A stretch of 32,172 nucleotides of DNA from positions 1 to 32,172 of the forward strand of contig CALVTI010000021.1 of NCBI GenBank assembly GCA_944361835.1. Direction: 5' to 3'. The notes beneath the pieces were generated by a model. The model was not told the origin of the DNA. It did not search any database and saw only the letters and a program-made list of their open reading frames with translations. The DNA comes from an uncultured Clostridia bacterium. GTDB lineage: Bacteria > Bacillota > Clostridia > Christensenellales > UBA1242. The translations under genes were made by a program, and so were the position numbers. Numbering within the stretch: the stretch's first letter is position 1; every line of letters starts with the position of its first letter. Positions 28,471-32,172 of this stretch are shown here, piece by piece.

Positions 28471-29553
28471 ATGAGAAAAGTTCTCTCCTCAATTTTTTTG
28501 ATTGCAGGCACAATAATTGGTGCCGGTTTTGCTAGTGGTAGAGAAATTTCGTTATTTTTTGCTACTTTTGGTTTAAATTCATTATATTTTTTGCCAATTT
28601 TATTTTTAATTTTATTTTTTTGTTTTTATTTATTTTTAAGAATAGGTCAAAACAAAAATTTTTTAAATGTGGATGAAATAAATAAGAGCGTGGGAATCAA
28701 AGGCTTTTTTTCTTTAATTATAAGCGCAATTTATGTCGTGTTTTGCGCAGCAATGCTCTCGGCCGCGGTCGAACTTTTAAAATCAAATTTTCCGTCAGTG
28801 CATAAATTTTTATTTTTGATAATTTTGGCGGTAATATGTTTATTTGTATTATTATTTGGTTTTAAAGGTGTAAAAAACATAAATTTTATTCTAATTCCTG
28901 CTCTTATATGTTTAATTACTTTCATTTGTATCTATGGGGCGAGAAATCCTGTTGGTGGAGTTTTTATTTCTTCGACTCGCAATTCTCTACTTATTCCAGC
29001 CTCAATGATTATTTATGCAGCTGGAAATATTATGCTTTCTTATTTTATTCTAGTAGAAGCGGGGAGAGAAATGAGCAAAAAACAAATTTTAGTCTCCAGC
29101 CTCATCTCGGCCTTCATAATTTCTCTCCTTGTGGCTCTAGCAATAATCTGCCTTGTAAAAAATGGCAATGCTATCCTTGAGACTAGCATGCCATTCATAA
29201 CGCTTTGCTTAAGGCTGGGTGAGCCATTTAATGTCTTGTTTGTGATAGCGCTTTTAATAGGAATTTTGACCTCGCTTTTTTCAGGGCTATATTCAGCCTG
29301 CTATAGTTTGAAATTTTATTCGCCAGGAAAAAAAGTTTTGTGTATTTTGACTGTGACTGTGCTTAGCCTTATTGGGTTTAAAGCTATAGTCGATTATTCT
29401 TATCCTGTTATTGGCGCAATAGGCGTGTTTCTTATAATAAAATTTTTTGTAAGTTATAGAGAACTATTTTTTAAACCTGGCCTCAAGCCTCGCGACTATA
29501 AAATACATACCACCCGCCAAAATACACAAGATGACCGTGCTGGCCATAACTAG
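28471..29553 (+). CDS. YkvI-family membrane protein (APC-like fold, sporulation associated)
   Basis: N-terminal GTIIGAGFASGREI..FF signature; about 10 TM helices; C-terminal GF..IV...YP.IG. Confidence 0.88.
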   Translation: MRKVLSSIFLIAGTIIGAGFASGREISLFFATFGLNSLYFLPILFLILFFCFYLFLRIGQNKNFLNVDEINKSVGIKGFFSLIISAIYVVFCAAMLSAAVELLKSNFPSVHKFLFLIILAVICLFVLLFGFKGVKNINFILIPALICLITFICIYGARNPVGGVFISSTRNSLLIPASMIIYAAGNIMLSYFILVEAGREMSKKQILVSSLISAFIISLLVALAIICLVKNGNAILETSMPFITLCLRLGEPFNVLFVIALLIGILTSLFSGLYSACYSLKFYSPGKKVLCILTVTVLSLIGFKAIVDYSYPVIGAIGVFLIIKFFVSYRELFFKPGLKPRDYKIHTTRQNTQDDRAGHN

Positions 29554-30267
29554 GTCGAGGTTAAACACCTGTCCGCCATACACGATGAGGTAGCCGAGGC
29601 CAGCCTTGCTCGTGAGGTATTCGCCCATGATTGTGCCTACCCAGCTCATGCCCACATTAATTTTTAAAACAGATATGAGCTCGCCAAAGGCGTTTGGAAA
29701 CACTAGTTTAAAGAAAGTTTGGAATTTGTTTGCTCCAAGTGACTTCATGAGCAGTAGTTTGTCTTTGTCACAGGAGAGAAAGGCGTTTAGCATAGAGAGT
29801 GTAGTAATGACTATGCAGATGAGAATACACATCACAATAATAGCTGTCGTGCCTGCTCCAAACCAGATAATAATCATTGGCCCTAGGGCGATTTTAGGCA
29901 GTGCGTTTATGACGACAATATATGGGTCTAAGATTTTTCTTAACTTTTCACTCCACCATAAGATTATGGCTATAAGCGTCCCAAGAAAAGTGGCGATGAG
30001 AAAGCCAATAAGCGTTTCGTAGAGCGTGACGCCAATATGAGTAAACATCTCACCGCTAGAGAAAAATTCGGCGAGGGTAGAAACTATCCTTGAAGGCGAA
30101 CTAAAGAAAAATGGGTCTAGGGCTCCCACCGCGGTCAGGAGTTCCCATAGGCCTATTAAGCCAACAAATATTATAATTTGAGCTAAAAGTGTGGTTATTT
30201 TATCTTTTTTAATGTTTTTTAAATATTTTTCATGTTCTTTTGAATAAATTATTTTTTTATTCTTCAA
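29464..30267 (-). CDS. NitT/TauT-family ABC transporter permease (YtlD-like)
   Basis: LWE, FFSSPS, DPY..V.NALPKIALGP..IIW.G, GEY...AGLGYLI. TTG start at 30267 behind AAGGAGGTG. Confidence 0.92.
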   Translation of the reverse strand: MKNKKIIYSKEHEKYLKNIKKDKITTLLAQIIIFVGLIGLWELLTAVGALDPFFFSSPSRIVSTLAEFFSSGEMFTHIGVTLYETLIGFLIATFLGTLIAIILWWSEKLRKILDPYIVVINALPKIALGPMIIIWFGAGTTAIIVMCILICIVITTLSMLNAFLSCDKDKLLLMKSLGANKFQTFFKLVFPNAFGELISVLKINVGMSWVGTIMGEYLTSKAGLGYLIVYGGQVFNLDLVMASTVILCILAGGMYFIVARLEARFKK

Positions 30268-31027
30268 ATTGCACCTCCTTCCATATCTCATCAAAAAGTT
30301 CTCTAAATTTTGGGTGCTCTCTTCTTTCAAGTGGAGTAGGGTAGTCTTTTAAATCTATAATTTTTATATCTTTGACATAAGACGGGCGCTTTGAGAGAAT
30401 TATGACTTTGTCCGCCATGGAGATGGCCTCTGATATGTCATGGGTCACAAGAAGAGCTGTTTTGTTTTCGCTCTTTATAATGTTATAGACGTCATCACAG
30501 ACTTTGAGCCTAGTCTGGAAATCCAGCGCAGAAAAAGGCTCATCTAAAAGAAGGATAGATGGGTTTGTCGCGAGTGTTCGAATGAGCGCGACTCTTTGTC
30601 TCATTCCACCAGAGAGCTCTCGCGGTTTGCTTTTAATAAAATCTTTTAATCCATATTTTTCTAAAAGCTCTGTCACACGGGCAATTATCTCTGGGGATTT
30701 TTTTTTGCCCTCAAGCTCAGGGCCAAGCATTACGTTTTGCCAAATAGTGCGCCACTCAAAGAGGTGGTCGTGCTGAAACATGTATCCTATTTTCTTAGAG
30801 GTAGCCAAAATTTCTTCGCCCTCAAGAAGTATTTTCCCGCTAGAAGCCTTTAATAGGCCTGCGACAAGTGACAAGATTGTCGTCTTTCCACAGCCGCTTG
30901 GCCCCACAATGGCTACAAATTCGCCCGCCTTTACATCAAAAGATATATCTTTTAAAGCTGTTATTTCGCTGTCATTCGTTTGATAGCTCAGCGCTACATT
31001 TTGAAACTTTAGTATGTCTTTTTTCAT
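30257..31027 (-). CDS. NitT/TauT-family ABC transporter ATP-binding protein (YtlC-like)
   Basis: GPSGCGKT, LSGGMRQR, LLLDEPFSALD, VTHDISEA. Confidence 0.95.
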   Translation of the reverse strand: MKKDILKFQNVALSYQTNDSEITALKDISFDVKAGEFVAIVGPSGCGKTTILSLVAGLLKASSGKILLEGEEILATSKKIGYMFQHDHLFEWRTIWQNVMLGPELEGKKKSPEIIARVTELLEKYGLKDFIKSKPRELSGGMRQRVALIRTLATNPSILLLDEPFSALDFQTRLKVCDDVYNIIKSENKTALLVTHDISEAISMADKVIILSKRPSYVKDIKIIDLKDYPTPLERREHPKFRELFDEIWKEVQFEE

Positions 31028-31044
31028 TTGTCCTCTCCATATTT

Positions 31045-31073
31045 CATTGTATGGTGAAAACCAAACTTTGTGA
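31045..31073 (-). promoter_or_regulatory. sigmaK-like promoter of the ABC pair
   Basis: Minus strand TCACA, 15 bp spacer, CATACAATG. Confidence 0.6.
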
Positions 31074-31160
31074 TTTGGGTGTCGCAGAGACGGAAAAGGG
31101 GGGTAAATTAAAAGATGGAAAAAAAGTAAAAAAAATTTTTAAAAAAGTGTCACGTTTTTG

Positions 31161-31189
31161 TTGACATTTTTTTGAAGCGGGTTTATACT
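31161..31189 (+). promoter_or_regulatory. sigmaA promoter of hrcA
   Basis: TTGACA, 17 bp spacer, TATACT; A-tract UP element upstream. Confidence 0.88.
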
Positions 31190-31190
31190 G

Positions 31191-31217
31191 CTAGCAGTCA
31201 AGGTGAAAGATTGCTAG
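31191..31217. promoter_or_regulatory. CIRCE operator (variant)
   Basis: CTAGCAGTC-N9-GATTGCTAG against consensus TTAGCACTC-N9-GAGTGCTAA, directly upstream of hrcA. Confidence 0.88.
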
Positions 31218-31225
31218 CAAAGTGT

Positions 31226-31253
31226 GAATAAAAAGCGACAAAGAGCATATAAT
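31226..31253 (+). promoter_or_regulatory. Possible sigmaE-like second promoter downstream of the CIRCE
   Basis: GAATAAA, 13 bp spacer, CATATAAT. Confidence 0.4.
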
Positions 31254-31270
31254 CTTGACTGGGAGGCGAA

Positions 31271-32119
31271 ATGCAAGAAGAACTAAAAGGCAGAAAGCAC
31301 TTCATTCTTTTGGGCGTAGTAGAAGACTACATCAAAGACGCTAGTCCCATTACAAGCAGTGGAGTAAAAGATAGACACTTAAAAGACATCTCGACGGCCA
31401 CTCTTAGAAACGAGCTTAACGCTCTCGAGGCCATGGGTTACTTAAAACAGCTCCACACCTCTGGAGGCAGGATCCCGACCACGCTTGGTTATCAGTATTA
31501 TGTAAACCATCTTTTGAAAGATGCAAACTTTACAATCACTAAGCTAGATGGGGTCAGGGAGATCTTGAACGAAAGGACAAATTCGCTCAGCGAGATAGTT
31601 TCTGGCGTGGCAAAGCTTGTAAACAAAGCTGTCAAATATCCTACAGTAGTGTTTGTAAATGGCTATGAGCATCTTGTCATTGAAAATATAAAGGTCATTC
31701 CGCTCGTAAGTGATAGTGCGCTAGCTTTGATACAGACTTCTAGTGGATACCTCACAAACAGCATAAACACAAAGGCTGATGAAAAGGCTTGTAGTGACGC
31801 CTCAAGCTATCTCACAAGAAAGTTTGGAGGAAAGACCATAGCTGACCTTGTGGACGGCATTGACGAGCTTGAGAGCTCTCTTCAAAAAGAGATTAGTGGG
31901 TTTAAGTTTATCGCCATGAGTCTCATTGAAGGTATGAGAAAACTTGTCTCGAAAAAGATGTTGGATATAAAACGAGATGGTTCACTCAAGCTTCTTGAAG
32001 AAGCAAAGGGAGATGAGAGCAAAAAGGTGCTTAGCTTGCTTGAAGACGAGAAAGAGCTTGAAAGAGCGCTCGAAAGCAGTGATGACATTAGCATAACGCT
32101 CGTTGAGGAAAACGAATAG
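31271..32119 (+). CDS. hrcA: Heat-inducible transcription repressor HrcA, apparently cut by an in-frame TAG; HrcA-like frame continues to the window edge
   Basis: VEDYI...P..S...STATLRNELNALEAMGYLKQLHTSGGRIPT..GYQYYV; CIRCE upstream; only 282 aa up to the TAG. Confidence 0.9.
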   Translation: MQEELKGRKHFILLGVVEDYIKDASPITSSGVKDRHLKDISTATLRNELNALEAMGYLKQLHTSGGRIPTTLGYQYYVNHLLKDANFTITKLDGVREILNERTNSLSEIVSGVAKLVNKAVKYPTVVFVNGYEHLVIENIKVIPLVSDSALALIQTSSGYLTNSINTKADEKACSDASSYLTRKFGGKTIADLVDGIDELESSLQKEISGFKFIAMSLIEGMRKLVSKKMLDIKRDGSLKLLEEAKGDESKKVLSLLEDEKELERALESSDDISITLVEENE

Positions 32120-32172
32120 GAAGGTTGTGCTCTTGCAAAAGCGCCCATCGTCATAGACGGAGCACAGGCGGC

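Noticed and set aside
1-32172. CRISPR array, IS or prophage, tRNA or rRNA, defence island
   Set aside because: I saw no repeat-spacer periodicity, transposase, integrase or phage genes, and no tRNA or rRNA signatures. Intergenic gaps are short and explained by promoters and terminators

Overview
This is a chromosomal window from an AT-leaning, apparently spore-forming Clostridia-like Firmicute. Bases 1-15.5 kb hold a complete S10-spc-alpha ribosomal superoperon (rpsJ to rplQ, with secY, adk, map, infA, rpsD, rpoA and an rpmJ missed by the ORF track). It has a perfect sigmaA promoter, a structured leader and a perfect internal promoter inside map. Bases 15.5-32.2 kb mix housekeeping genes (fba, hflX, uvrB, uvrA, hrcA with a CIRCE) with uncharacterised or sporulation-type genes. 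These are a PepSY-like membrane protein, a 67-aa Gly/Cys-rich duplicated peptide, an 1100-aa Ig-repeat surface protein, a tandem pair of paralogous winged-helix plus TM proteins, an exported protein with an L,D-transpeptidase-like His...Cys motif, a YkvI-family protein and a YtlC/YtlD-like ABC pair. The most notable points are that six transcription units look leaderless (two sigmaA-like, four sporulation-sigma-like), that the wHTH-TM pair may be an undescribed forespore system, and that hrcA carries an in-frame TAG with HrcA-like sequence continuing after it. I saw no rRNA, tRNA, CRISPR array or mobile element. Sporulation-sigma calls are motif matches by eye only.
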